From an uncultured Gammaproteobacteria bacterium (lineage in GTDB: Bacteria > Patescibacteriota > Patescibacteriia > 2-01-FULL-39-33): a stretch of 60,715 bases of DNA. The first letter of the stretch is position 1; each line of letters opens with the position of its first letter. Both the position numbers and the translations under genes were made by a program. This document shows, in pieces, positions 42,746-52,711 of the stretch. The notes below the pieces were generated by a model that was not told the DNA's origin, did not search any database, and worked only from the letters and a program-made list of their open reading frames with translations. The stretch lies in assembly GCA_964361645.1 (NCBI GenBank), contig CAYIBK010000002.1:1-60715 (forward strand), given 5' to 3'.

Positions 42746-45700
42746 ATGAGATCAAAAAATCCAATTAAAAAAATTATTCTATCAATGCTTATGGTTTTGA
42801 TAGTAATTGGTATTTTTGGTTTTTTGGGCTTGGCTTTGGCTCAAGAGCCGGATAGGTTTGGTTTGGAAAGTGCTACTGGCGTGGGCTTGCCCCAAACCGA
42901 TTTAAGAATTGCCATTATTAATATCATCAGGTTTATTTTAGGATTCTTAGGCATTATTGCGGTGATAATTATTCTCTGGGGCGGTTATCTTTGGATGACT
43001 TCAGGCGGTGATCCCAGTAAAATAGAGAAGGCCAAAAAAACTTTAGTTTCGGCGGTTATTGGTTTGGTAATTATATTATCGGCTTTCATTATCGCTTCTT
43101 TTGTAATTAATTCTCTTCAAGGAGTTTTGTGTCAGGGTGATAATTGTGCCACCGAGTCTTGTCCTACCCCCCCTTGCACGCCAACTTGTCCCAACCCTCC
43201 TTGCACGCCAGGATCCTCTAATCAATTTACTTATATTAATAAATTCAAAGACGATTCCATTCCTTGGGTTAGAACTATTGGCCCATCTTTTTCTGGCGTG
43301 GCCAAAATGCCCGCTAGCGCCACCTTAGAAGTAGGTGGTTATGCCAAAAATAAAGACGGCACTATTGTTAGTATGGAATTATTTACTGCTCCCTCAACTA
43401 CTCCGCCAATTGTTTTTGTGGCTCAAAGTCCATTTACTGATGTGCAAAGTGATCAAGAAGTAGTGGATAATGTTTTTGCTTCTTGGAATTCACTCGCTTA
43501 TGCCATTAATAATCAATATCGGGCCAAAATATCAGCTCTGCTTTCTGGTAATAGAACCATTGAATCTCGAGTAATTAAAACTATTGTCAAACCTCTACAT
43601 TGTTTTAATAACATCCAAGATCAAGGTGAAACCGGCATTGATTGCGGTGGTGATCCAGTTGTCTTAGGCGATGATTATTGCGGTGCTTGCGACGGCGGAC
43701 CTTGCGTTGATGATAGTGATTGTGATGGCGGAGCTTGTTTGCCTGACGGCACTTGTGCCTTCCCTCCTTTTATTTCCAGCATTGTTCCAGACAATGGAGC
43801 TAAAAATAATTACATCACTATTTGGGGAAGCCATTTTGGCGATAGTCCCGGATCGGTAATGCTGATAAAAGATGATGTTATAATGGCCTTTGCCAATGTT
43901 AATACTAATCCTGATTGTATCAATGGCTGGAATGATACCCAGATAATTTTTGAAGTTCCGGATATTGCTTTAGATAGTTATGAAGTTATGGTGGAAAGTA
44001 ATATTGGTTTAACCAGTAACACTAAAGAGTTTGAAGTTAACGAAATCTCCCGCCCGGGAATTTGTTCGGTTAATCCTAATTATGGCATTAATCCGGATCC
44101 TCTAGAAATTGTGGGTAATAGTTTCCCTACTGCTCCCGATGGCCAAGTTTATTGGAATTTCAAACCCGACATTTTTTCTAGTCCATCAGTTACTTGGATT
44201 AATGGCACTCATGCCAGTGATATAGTGCCAGAGAGTGGCGTGGGCACCACCAGCATTAGAATTTATAATGGCGTAGAATATAGTAATTATTATAAATTTA
44301 TAATCAGCCGAGGGGAAATAGGCGATCCCTGTGGTACGCCTGGTGAAACAGTTTGTTCGGCAGAGAATGTTTGTAACACTGGGTTATTTTGTGATCCCAA
44401 TCAGGGTTGTACTTGCCAGGTAGTGGTAAATGCTTGCGAGCCAGGAGCCGAAAGAGATTGTGAAATTGATGGTGAAACTTGTGTCACTAAAGAATTTTGT
44501 CCAGCTAGTGGCAATTGGGACGATGCTGTTTGTACCAAAGTAGATCCAGCTTGCGTATCGGGAGTAACGGTTGAACCAGCCACTCAATCAATTTTTGCTT
44601 GGGCCTTTGTCTATGGTAATGGTTATGGCTTTAAGCCACCACAAGTTATAGAAGATTGTAGCCGTGTTAGAGAATGTTATCCCAATCAGAAATTGCCTAG
44701 CCCGGCTCCGTGGTATGAGGGTGTGGGCGCCACCGAAGGTTGGGATCCGGTTATTCATCCGAATTTATCAATTGAAGATCCCAAAGCTTGTATTAATTCC
44801 ACTATCTCCGCTCGGTTTACGCAGAAGATGAATGAGCAATCAGTCAAAGATTATGTTAAGGTTTTTAGATGCACCAGTAGGGATGGCACGGATTGCACTC
44901 CGGTTAATGGTGAAGTGCAAGTTTATCCTACTGAAGAAGGAGTTAGGGATTATTTTCAATTCGGCAGCCCGACTATAAACAATCCCACAGATTTCATTGC
45001 TAATTCTTGGTATAAAATTGTTTTAACTAAAGGTATCAAAAGCATATTTAATGTAGAAATGGATACTAGCACCCAGGTTGTTAGTAATCGTTTTTGTAAT
45101 GTGGCTGGTATAACTGATGCTGTTTATTGCTGGAATTTTCAAACCAGAGAAACCAATACCTATTGTGATCCAGGTTGTCCGGAATGTAATCCAGATCCCA
45201 AGACTTTGAATTATTATTTTCAGACTCAGCAATTTACTACTGCTGTTATCAGCGACGATAATGTTTGTCTAATGATCGATCCCTGGGCTTATAATTGGAA
45301 TTGGTTTTCAGAAAATGAAGACAAGGTTATGATCACTAATAATGGCGGTATACCTCAGCAAATAGGTACTGCTTACGGCGAAAATTACAATATCTTTCCG
45401 GGATTTACCAAGGTGTATGCCGAGCTCACTTTAACCGAACAAAACGATTATTGTCGGGTGACGACTGATTTTACCAATCCAGTTGTGATGGAATCTCCCT
45501 TCTGTACTCGGGGCATTATCCAAAGCCCCACTCCTTGGATTAATTCCAAGGATGCTTGTCGCAATGCGCTGGTAGCTGCCAGATTTAGCCGTGATATGCA
45601 CGATGAAAGCTTAACTCTTAATACCATTACGGGATTAATAGAAAATGACGCCAATGCTAAAAATGGCAATATTATTGTAGAAGAATGCGATCATAGCGAA

Positions 45701-48700
45701 AATTTTGAAGACGCTTTTCCGGCTTGTGAAAGTATTAAAATAGCCGAAGCTACTAGTTTAAGAATATTCACTTACAGCCATGATGTGGATATCCAAGGGT
45801 TGTTAGCTGGCGACACTAGTTTTGGCGCTGGCTTAGCTGAGGGGTTTGTGATTGATGTCAATAAAAAAGACATTGGCGGAAAACCAACAGCCGATGAATA
45901 TCTGGCTTCCGATATGTGGTATCGTGTTATTATTTTAGGCGGTCCAGAAGGTGTGGGCGGAGCCGATAATACCGGCGATGGCATTCCCGATGGTGTCTTA
46001 CTAACCAAAAATAGTATTACCGAGCAAGTTAGAGATGGTTGGGATTATAACGGAGATGGTTTTAATGATTACTACTGGGTTTTCAAAACTAGTACTCATG
46101 CTTGTGATGTTAGTGATGTTCAAGTTACTCCAGTAGAAAATTTCTTGGAATTCACCGATCAAACTAGCCAATACGACGCCTTCCCTCAAGCTAGTAACTG
46201 TAATCTTTTAGCTCGTTGTTTGCTTAATTGGACTTGGCGATCATTGATCGAACTGGGCGATACGGCGGTGTCAGAGAGCGGCGAGGTTATTGCTTCCATC
46301 ACTAAATTAGAAGTCCAAGTCGGAATTTGTGGCGCCTTTGATGACAATACAATAGATCCAGTTCAAACTGCCACTGCTCATTTAGATGGTGATACTAATA
46401 TTAGAGCCGATGAGCCAGGAGGAAAATGGGGCTATGGCCATTTGCAAGTTGGTTATGGCCAGTTGGCAGTTATAAAATATAGTCCCAAGAATTTGACTCA
46501 TTTTGAAGATAGAAGGGTTGATGTTGATTTTAATATTGATGCTAAGATGAGTTCAATTAAATTCAATGATAACACCAGATTATACAAATGCACCGATGCT
46601 AAGGCTTATTATAAATTCAATAACAGTATTGTGGATAGTTCTGGCAACAAATACGACTCCACCAACAAAAGTATTTCGTATACCACTGGCTATTTCGGTT
46701 CAGCGGCCAATTTCAGAGGCAATGCCAATCAATATATTCAAATAAAAGATGATAATAATAATTTAAAAATTGCTAATGCCTTAACCATTTCTGCTTGGGT
46801 AAGGCCAACCGCTCCGACTAGCCCACTAGGTCGGGTGGTAGTTTCCAATTATTATTGGGATTTAAATCCTGCCAACCAGCGTGGAATTTTATTGGGTGAT
46901 CAATGGGGTTGTTCTGGTGATAGTTGTGTGCCAACTGATGAATTTCAATTTATGGTTTATGATGCCACTGGTAATAATGCCGTTGCTTCCAAACCAGATT
47001 TCTTTAAGGATAATTTAAATAAATGGACTCATGTGGTGGGTGTTTACGAACTGGGTGTTGCGGTTAGGTTGTATATCAATGGAGTGTTAGCGGCTCAAGA
47101 CATCACCGCCGTGCCAGCCGCTATTGCTTATAATCTAAATTTGCCCACCAGAATTGGTGCGCGCGCCGACAATTCCGGACAAGGTATGTGGAACGGCCAA
47201 ATTGATGATTTAAGGCTTTACAATAAAATTCTAACACTTAATGATATTAAGGCTTTATATACCAGCAGTAGCGAGTGTCCGGCTATTGGCTTGGTTTCTA
47301 AAACATTGGATCCTATTTTGCCCCCCGTGCCTATTGAGGCTGGGCCAGAATTATCCAGAAAGATAACTGCCCGATCATCAGCTGATTATCAAGTGGGTGC
47401 AGAATACAGAATGATTTTAAAAGGCGGGCCAAATGGATTGATAGCTTGGAACAATAACGAGTTAAGTAGGTTGAATTTCAATAGCACCGGCGAAACTGGT
47501 GGGGAAGAATGTGAAGCCAATATTTATCCTTGGACAGAACAAGCCGGCATTTGCACTAATACTTGTCTTTTAAGTCCTTCTTTTGATTTATGCAGTGTTT
47601 CGGGCGGACGGTTTGCTCAGTGCCAAAATACCGTACCCGATTCAAATTCCGATTATTGTAATAATAATTGCTATAATCTGGGCAATAATAACACCGCTTC
47701 TTGTGGTAATAGTGTTGTTGAAACTACCAAAGAAGAATGTGATGATGGCAATGCCAATAATAATGATGGTTGTTCTAATGTGTGTTTATGGGAAGGATCA
47801 GATGATAGTTGGGGCTCAATTTGCGGTAATGGCCGAACTGAAAATGGCGAGAATTGTGACGATGGCAATACTAATAATGGCGATGGTTGTTCTAGTATTT
47901 GTTTAAAGGAGGCCGCTCGTCCCAGTGGTTCCTCGGCCAATATTCCAGTCTGTGGCAATGGCACTAAAGAACGGGGGGAGGATTGCGATGATAGCAATAC
48001 CACTGCCGGTGATGGCTGTTCCAATACTTGTTTACTAGAAGGCTCGGCTACTACTTGTGGCAATGGCCAGGTGGAAAACGGCCAAGCGGATAGTTTCTCT
48101 TGGACCTTTTCTGCTGTCAACGATCCGTCGGTAACTATTAGCATGAATAACTGCTCCAATGGTATTTGGCAGGTATTAGTCAAGCGCGGTGATATTGGTG
48201 CCGATAATATTTTTATTTGTAAAAGAGATGCTCTATCGATGTTAGACGATAATATTTGGGGCAAAATAATTTATAAGATAAAATTAGTTATTGCTAAATT
48301 CTTCGGTAATAGCGCGTCGGCTGTAGCCGGTGATGGTTGTGGAGTTGGTTATACTAAGGTTACTGATTTTGAGGAAACATTAGAGTATCTGAAACAAGAC
48401 AGCCATGTTTATACTTATGTCAAAGATGGCTACTGGGATGTAGACAAAAAATACAAGATTAATGTTTATGAAGGCACTTTTGATCCGGTTACCAATAATA
48501 TTCCGAAAGTGGCCCAAGAAGTGACCATTAAAGAGTATTGCAAGATTGATGATGTCAAAGTAGAAATTTGGCCTCGGGGCGAAGAAAGTTATAATGATAA
48601 TTTCTTTTGTGTAGGTGATGAATGTGGTCTCCATACTTCCAGCCTATACGATAATGATATTTCCTCTGATTCTAATTTAGATGCTCCAGTTGAGGATTAT

Positions 48701-51700
48701 GATTTTCCTTATGTAAAAATAAACGGCACTAATGTAACCGATCATAATTTAGCTAATAATCAGCATTTGTATTTGGCTTGGGCCATAAATAGTGTTGGTT
48801 ATTTGATTAAATCAGAAGGTGGCTTAAATTGGAGTGTGGCAGGACTACCAAAATTTGATTTGTCGGTTACTGATTTTGATCCTAATTCTAATTATTCCGG
48901 CGAGTGGCTTAATTTAAACAGCGCTAGGGTAGGTGCCATAGACGGGCAAGATGTTTTAACTGTTGGTGCTACCCAAAATCCTCCACCGGGCTTAGGTTTG
49001 GCTTCTACTAAAGCCAAGGATGTTAATATTAAGATATTTTTATGTTCTAATCCTTGGCCGGATCCGCAGAATTTCCCTTACCGTGACTCGGCTAATAATT
49101 GCGGAGCAACACCGTGTCCAAATACTAATTTTGAAGTTTATTATTGCCGTGATAATGGCGTGGTAGGCGAAGCTGAAGATTTACCCTCTTTAGATACCAG
49201 CACCATAGTTTATGGCGGAGATCCTTTTAAGAAAGAATTCTTGCTTCAAAGAGCTGATAAAAGCGATGCCGTGGGTATCAGAGTAGTAGCCAACGACAAC
49301 CATTATTCTCCATTGGTTTGGTATCGGGAAAATTTTGATCCCAACAGGCAAGGCAATCCTAAAAGTACCTCAGTTAATGGTTATGACGCTATTGCCGAGG
49401 GGCGAACTGTTTATGCTAATGCCATTAATATTGAACCTCCAGTGGCTAACAGAACCTTGTATCCTAATATTTATTTGATTTCTTACAGCGAGGGTGCAGA
49501 TAATGACACGCAAAATATTTTCCAGCAAATGGCTCGATTTATGAAGCTTAATGTGGGCTCAAATGAAGAAGGTGGTTTGCCGGGCATCAGCACTTGTCAG
49601 AATACCCCAGCTTATAAATGTTGGGACGGCAGTGATTGCGAAGCGGTTAACGCCGGTGCTTGTATGTCTGATAAAGGACAACTAACTCGCGATACTAGGC
49701 GCTTAGGCGATATTCAAGATATAAATTGGCTCTTAAATGATTATCAAAATCAAAAGCGTTGCAGTAATGATAAATTTATTACTTGCTATAGTAATGCCCA
49801 GTGTTATGGCGGCGGAACATGCGATTATTATTATCCCGATTTGCCTTCTGGCACGTATATTTCTGGTCGCAGTTTCAGCGTTTGGCCTTCTTGGCAAGCC
49901 ACTCTGGGCAATGTTTTGGATTCGGCCTTGCCCCTAGATCCCTTAAATGCCAGCTCTGGTTTTGATGGTTGTGATTCGCCCTATGACCCTGTAACTTGCT
50001 GGGATGAGATTACTAAGAAAATGCAATGTCCGACAGCCGCTAAAGTTTATTCTTATTTTGCCAATAATAATGGCGCCATCAAAAATATTTACGCTTTCAA
50101 AGAATTTAATCTTGGTTCGTGGCGTCCGGCTGATTGGGCGACAGTCAGGTTTATGAACGGCGATCCTTTCGCTTTAGCGGTTGAGAGTATTTGTCGTACA
50201 TTTTCTGGCACTTGCGGTAATGGCACCATTGAAGCTGGAGAAGATTGCAACAATTGTCCTTTTGATGTTGTTTGTCCTTCTGGTAATTCCTGTCGTCAAA
50301 CAGGCGCCTCTTGGGCTTGCACGCCGGATGCTTCTTTTATTGATTCCGATGGTGACACTATAGCCAATAAAAATGATAATTGTCCTTTTATCGCCAATAC
50401 CGATCAACTTGATACCGATGGTGACAAAGTGGGTGATGCTTGCGATAATTGTTTAAACATTAAAAATGGCTCTACCTCTTCTACAGTTACCTGTTTAGAC
50501 AAAGACAGTAATGGCAAATTAAGTCAGGTGGAAAAAGCTGTTTGCAATCAAAGCGACAAAGACAGTGATACAGTGGGTGATGCCTGCGATAATTGCCCTA
50601 ATGATTATAATAAAGACCAAAGCGTTAGGCCATGTCTTTTGCCGGGTTGCGGTGATGGCGTGGTGCAACCTGGGGAAGATTGCGATGACGGAGAAAATCC
50701 CCCCACCAATGCCGGAACTTGTAATGCCACTTGCAGTGCCCCTACTTTCTGCGGTGACGGCTTTATACAGAGTTTGAATGGCCAGGGCGTTAGTGAGGTT
50801 TGTGATGATAACAACGGCTTTTCTGGTGATGGTTGTTCTAATAAATGTGTTATAGAAACAGGTTGGGTTTGTGTGGGAGTGCCTACTAGTGTTTGCCATT
50901 TGCCTTTTTGTGGTGATGGTTTAAAAAAAGACACAGAAGTTTGTGATTGTGGCGACGGTGTGGGCCCATTAAGTGCGCCTTCTAAATGTGGCAATACTGG
51001 CATAGCTTATAATTATACTACTTACAATATACCTCCCACTGCTAATTTAAATACTTATTTTATTCCTTATTGGAATTTAACTCCGGTAAGTTGGCATTTT
51101 TGCAATAATGCTTGCAAGGATAGAACAGCTCTTCCACCTTATTGCAGTGACGGAGAATGGGATAATATTAATGAGCAATGTGAAGGTCAAAGTCCGACAG
51201 TTCCACCTACCCCCATTCCTAGTGATGGCTCGTTTGGCTGGGGCCGAGGCCTAAGCGCTACCGATCAGTGGGCCTGTAGTAATACTTGCACCGATACTGG
51301 CGGCTATTGTGGAGATGATATTAAAAATGGTCCAGAAATATGCGAGCCGGCTGAAGAGCCCTATGGCGAATTATGTGCTAATAATTGCACTTGGAAAGCT
51401 TGTCCGCCATACACTAGTAACAACATCACTCTTAGCGCTTTTACTGGCGTACCTCCTTCTGTTGAGGCTGATATGAGCGATGTGCCCACTTGTCTTTCAG
51501 CGGATAAAATTAAAGCTGATTTTTCTATTACCACAAGTGATCCCAGGGCCGTAATAGTATTTGTTAATGATTTATCAGGCAGTATGGACGGGGGTCCATT
51601 AAATACTTTAAAATCCAGTTTAACTGCTAAAATAGGAGATATCTTTACCGCTATTCCCAGTGCCAAGATTGGTTTAGTGAGTTTTTCTCAAACTGGCCGA

Positions 51701-52561
51701 AATGATGTGGGAAATCAATGTCCTAATTCTTTATGTGGTAGGAATAACATTGATGTCTTAACTGATATAATTTCTAATTACACCGCCAGTGGTGGTACTA
51801 ATCCCGCTGATGGCTTGGCTAAGGCTCAAGTAATCATTGACCCAGCAGCAGCACTTAATAAATTTGTCATTCTTATGGGTGATGGTGCTGCTAATACTGA
51901 TAAGTTTTGTAATATTAATGATGTTTGGCCCTCTTGCACTAGCACTAATTTAGGTTGGAAATTGGCTTGTTTCGGTAATCAATATCAACAAGATTGTAGT
52001 GGTGATCCTATTGCTACCACTCTTAAATTGGATTCGAAATTAAAAATATATTCTGTAGCTTATGGAGCAGAAGCTGATAAGGAAGCCCTGAATAGAATCT
52101 CATCTAATAATGGCGTCGGTAGTTGCGGCACTGGTTTTTGTCTGATGGGTAATGAAGGTGATTTAGACAACCTTTATATCAGTATTATTGATGAAATACA
52201 AAATAATTTAGCCATTGATTTTGAGATTAAGATAGGCAGTCAAACAACCAATTTTCATCTTAAGATGCCAATTTCTGGTCCGGGTGTTTTCAATAATCGC
52301 AACCTTGATTTACCCCCTGGCTTTTGCACTCCCACCACTAATAATAGAAAAGTTAAGGTTTTAGGCTATGGGTTTACTCTGTCTATGACTAATCTAAGAT
52401 TAAGCTATTGTCCTTATCATCCAGCCACCGCTTATGAAACTGGTGTGGCCAGTGGCAATGTGGCGGGAGATTTTGAAGAGACAAAACCAGCTAGTAAATT
52501 GTTTGATATTATAGCTATCATCAAGAATTTATTTTTTAATTTATTGAGCCAAATATTTTAG
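42746..52561 (+). CDS. 3271-aa giant surface protein: pilin-type N-terminal module + IPT/TIG + LamG + Cys-rich CGNG repeats + thrombospondin type-3 repeats + VWA domain
   Basis: Single uninterrupted ORF. Motif landmarks: IPT/TIG (PFISSIVPDNGAKNNYITIWGSHFG, ~43765-44320); LamG (LTISAWVRP...WTHVVGVYE...GQIDDLRLYNKILT, ~46600-47270); CGNGxxExGExCDDGNxxxGDGCSxxC x3-4 (47698-48085 and ~50211-50960); TSP3 (DSDGD...NDNCPFIANTDQLDTDGDKVGDACDNC, 50341-50625); VWA MIDAS (VNDLSGSMDG...GGTNPADGL...MGDGAAN, ~51540-52200). Confidence 0.9.
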   Translation: MRSKNPIKKIILSMLMVLIVIGIFGFLGLALAQEPDRFGLESATGVGLPQTDLRIAIINIIRFILGFLGIIAVIIILWGGYLWMTSGGDPSKIEKAKKTLVSAVIGLVIILSAFIIASFVINSLQGVLCQGDNCATESCPTPPCTPTCPNPPCTPGSSNQFTYINKFKDDSIPWVRTIGPSFSGVAKMPASATLEVGGYAKNKDGTIVSMELFTAPSTTPPIVFVAQSPFTDVQSDQEVVDNVFASWNSLAYAINNQYRAKISALLSGNRTIESRVIKTIVKPLHCFNNIQDQGETGIDCGGDPVVLGDDYCGACDGGPCVDDSDCDGGACLPDGTCAFPPFISSIVPDNGAKNNYITIWGSHFGDSPGSVMLIKDDVIMAFANVNTNPDCINGWNDTQIIFEVPDIALDSYEVMVESNIGLTSNTKEFEVNEISRPGICSVNPNYGINPDPLEIVGNSFPTAPDGQVYWNFKPDIFSSPSVTWINGTHASDIVPESGVGTTSIRIYNGVEYSNYYKFIISRGEIGDPCGTPGETVCSAENVCNTGLFCDPNQGCTCQVVVNACEPGAERDCEIDGETCVTKEFCPASGNWDDAVCTKVDPACVSGVTVEPATQSIFAWAFVYGNGYGFKPPQVIEDCSRVRECYPNQKLPSPAPWYEGVGATEGWDPVIHPNLSIEDPKACINSTISARFTQKMNEQSVKDYVKVFRCTSRDGTDCTPVNGEVQVYPTEEGVRDYFQFGSPTINNPTDFIANSWYKIVLTKGIKSIFNVEMDTSTQVVSNRFCNVAGITDAVYCWNFQTRETNTYCDPGCPECNPDPKTLNYYFQTQQFTTAVISDDNVCLMIDPWAYNWNWFSENEDKVMITNNGGIPQQIGTAYGENYNIFPGFTKVYAELTLTEQNDYCRVTTDFTNPVVMESPFCTRGIIQSPTPWINSKDACRNALVAARFSRDMHDESLTLNTITGLIENDANAKNGNIIVEECDHSENFEDAFPACESIKIAEATSLRIFTYSHDVDIQGLLAGDTSFGAGLAEGFVIDVNKKDIGGKPTADEYLASDMWYRVIILGGPEGVGGADNTGDGIPDGVLLTKNSITEQVRDGWDYNGDGFNDYYWVFKTSTHACDVSDVQVTPVENFLEFTDQTSQYDAFPQASNCNLLARCLLNWTWRSLIELGDTAVSESGEVIASITKLEVQVGICGAFDDNTIDPVQTATAHLDGDTNIRADEPGGKWGYGHLQVGYGQLAVIKYSPKNLTHFEDRRVDVDFNIDAKMSSIKFNDNTRLYKCTDAKAYYKFNNSIVDSSGNKYDSTNKSISYTTGYFGSAANFRGNANQYIQIKDDNNNLKIANALTISAWVRPTAPTSPLGRVVVSNYYWDLNPANQRGILLGDQWGCSGDSCVPTDEFQFMVYDATGNNAVASKPDFFKDNLNKWTHVVGVYELGVAVRLYINGVLAAQDITAVPAAIAYNLNLPTRIGARADNSGQGMWNGQIDDLRLYNKILTLNDIKALYTSSSECPAIGLVSKTLDPILPPVPIEAGPELSRKITARSSADYQVGAEYRMILKGGPNGLIAWNNNELSRLNFNSTGETGGEECEANIYPWTEQAGICTNTCLLSPSFDLCSVSGGRFAQCQNTVPDSNSDYCNNNCYNLGNNNTASCGNSVVETTKEECDDGNANNNDGCSNVCLWEGSDDSWGSICGNGRTENGENCDDGNTNNGDGCSSICLKEAARPSGSSANIPVCGNGTKERGEDCDDSNTTAGDGCSNTCLLEGSATTCGNGQVENGQADSFSWTFSAVNDPSVTISMNNCSNGIWQVLVKRGDIGADNIFICKRDALSMLDDNIWGKIIYKIKLVIAKFFGNSASAVAGDGCGVGYTKVTDFEETLEYLKQDSHVYTYVKDGYWDVDKKYKINVYEGTFDPVTNNIPKVAQEVTIKEYCKIDDVKVEIWPRGEESYNDNFFCVGDECGLHTSSLYDNDISSDSNLDAPVEDYDFPYVKINGTNVTDHNLANNQHLYLAWAINSVGYLIKSEGGLNWSVAGLPKFDLSVTDFDPNSNYSGEWLNLNSARVGAIDGQDVLTVGATQNPPPGLGLASTKAKDVNIKIFLCSNPWPDPQNFPYRDSANNCGATPCPNTNFEVYYCRDNGVVGEAEDLPSLDTSTIVYGGDPFKKEFLLQRADKSDAVGIRVVANDNHYSPLVWYRENFDPNRQGNPKSTSVNGYDAIAEGRTVYANAINIEPPVANRTLYPNIYLISYSEGADNDTQNIFQQMARFMKLNVGSNEEGGLPGISTCQNTPAYKCWDGSDCEAVNAGACMSDKGQLTRDTRRLGDIQDINWLLNDYQNQKRCSNDKFITCYSNAQCYGGGTCDYYYPDLPSGTYISGRSFSVWPSWQATLGNVLDSALPLDPLNASSGFDGCDSPYDPVTCWDEITKKMQCPTAAKVYSYFANNNGAIKNIYAFKEFNLGSWRPADWATVRFMNGDPFALAVESICRTFSGTCGNGTIEAGEDCNNCPFDVVCPSGNSCRQTGASWACTPDASFIDSDGDTIANKNDNCPFIANTDQLDTDGDKVGDACDNCLNIKNGSTSSTVTCLDKDSNGKLSQVEKAVCNQSDKDSDTVGDACDNCPNDYNKDQSVRPCLLPGCGDGVVQPGEDCDDGENPPTNAGTCNATCSAPTFCGDGFIQSLNGQGVSEVCDDNNGFSGDGCSNKCVIETGWVCVGVPTSVCHLPFCGDGLKKDTEVCDCGDGVGPLSAPSKCGNTGIAYNYTTYNIPPTANLNTYFIPYWNLTPVSWHFCNNACKDRTALPPYCSDGEWDNINEQCEGQSPTVPPTPIPSDGSFGWGRGLSATDQWACSNTCTDTGGYCGDDIKNGPEICEPAEEPYGELCANNCTWKACPPYTSNNITLSAFTGVPPSVEADMSDVPTCLSADKIKADFSITTSDPRAVIVFVNDLSGSMDGGPLNTLKSSLTAKIGDIFTAIPSAKIGLVSFSQTGRNDVGNQCPNSLCGRNNIDVLTDIISNYTASGGTNPADGLAKAQVIIDPAAALNKFVILMGDGAANTDKFCNINDVWPSCTSTNLGWKLACFGNQYQQDCSGDPIATTLKLDSKLKIYSVAYGAEADKEALNRISSNNGVGSCGTGFCLMGNEGDLDNLYISIIDEIQNNLAIDFEIKIGSQTTNFHLKMPISGPGVFNNRNLDLPPGFCTPTTNNRKVKVLGYGFTLSMTNLRLSYCPYHPATAYETGVASGNVAGDFEETKPASKLFDIIAIIKNLFFNLLSQIF

Positions 52562-52711
52562 AATGTAAATTTGACAAAATTATTGTATAATATAATTAGC
52601 CTATATTTATCCCCACACCTATCTCATAATATCCCACAACTTATTGCGGGAATGAATAGGCATTATAAAATCCTTCCAGTGGGGGGTGTCTAATATCCCA
52701 TCCAGGAAGGT

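Noticed and set aside
47671-51003. Long antisense ORFs inside the giant gene (47671-48264 -, 50519-50899 -, 50605-51003 -) and the alternative-frame + ORFs
   Set aside because: These are shadows of the Cys/Gly/Asp-rich repeat coding sequence. They are low-complexity translations lying entirely within a strongly supported 3271-aa ORF. The same reasoning applies to 52825-53322 (-), 57068-57865 (- within ftsZ) and 9736-10059 (+ within the AI-2E gene).
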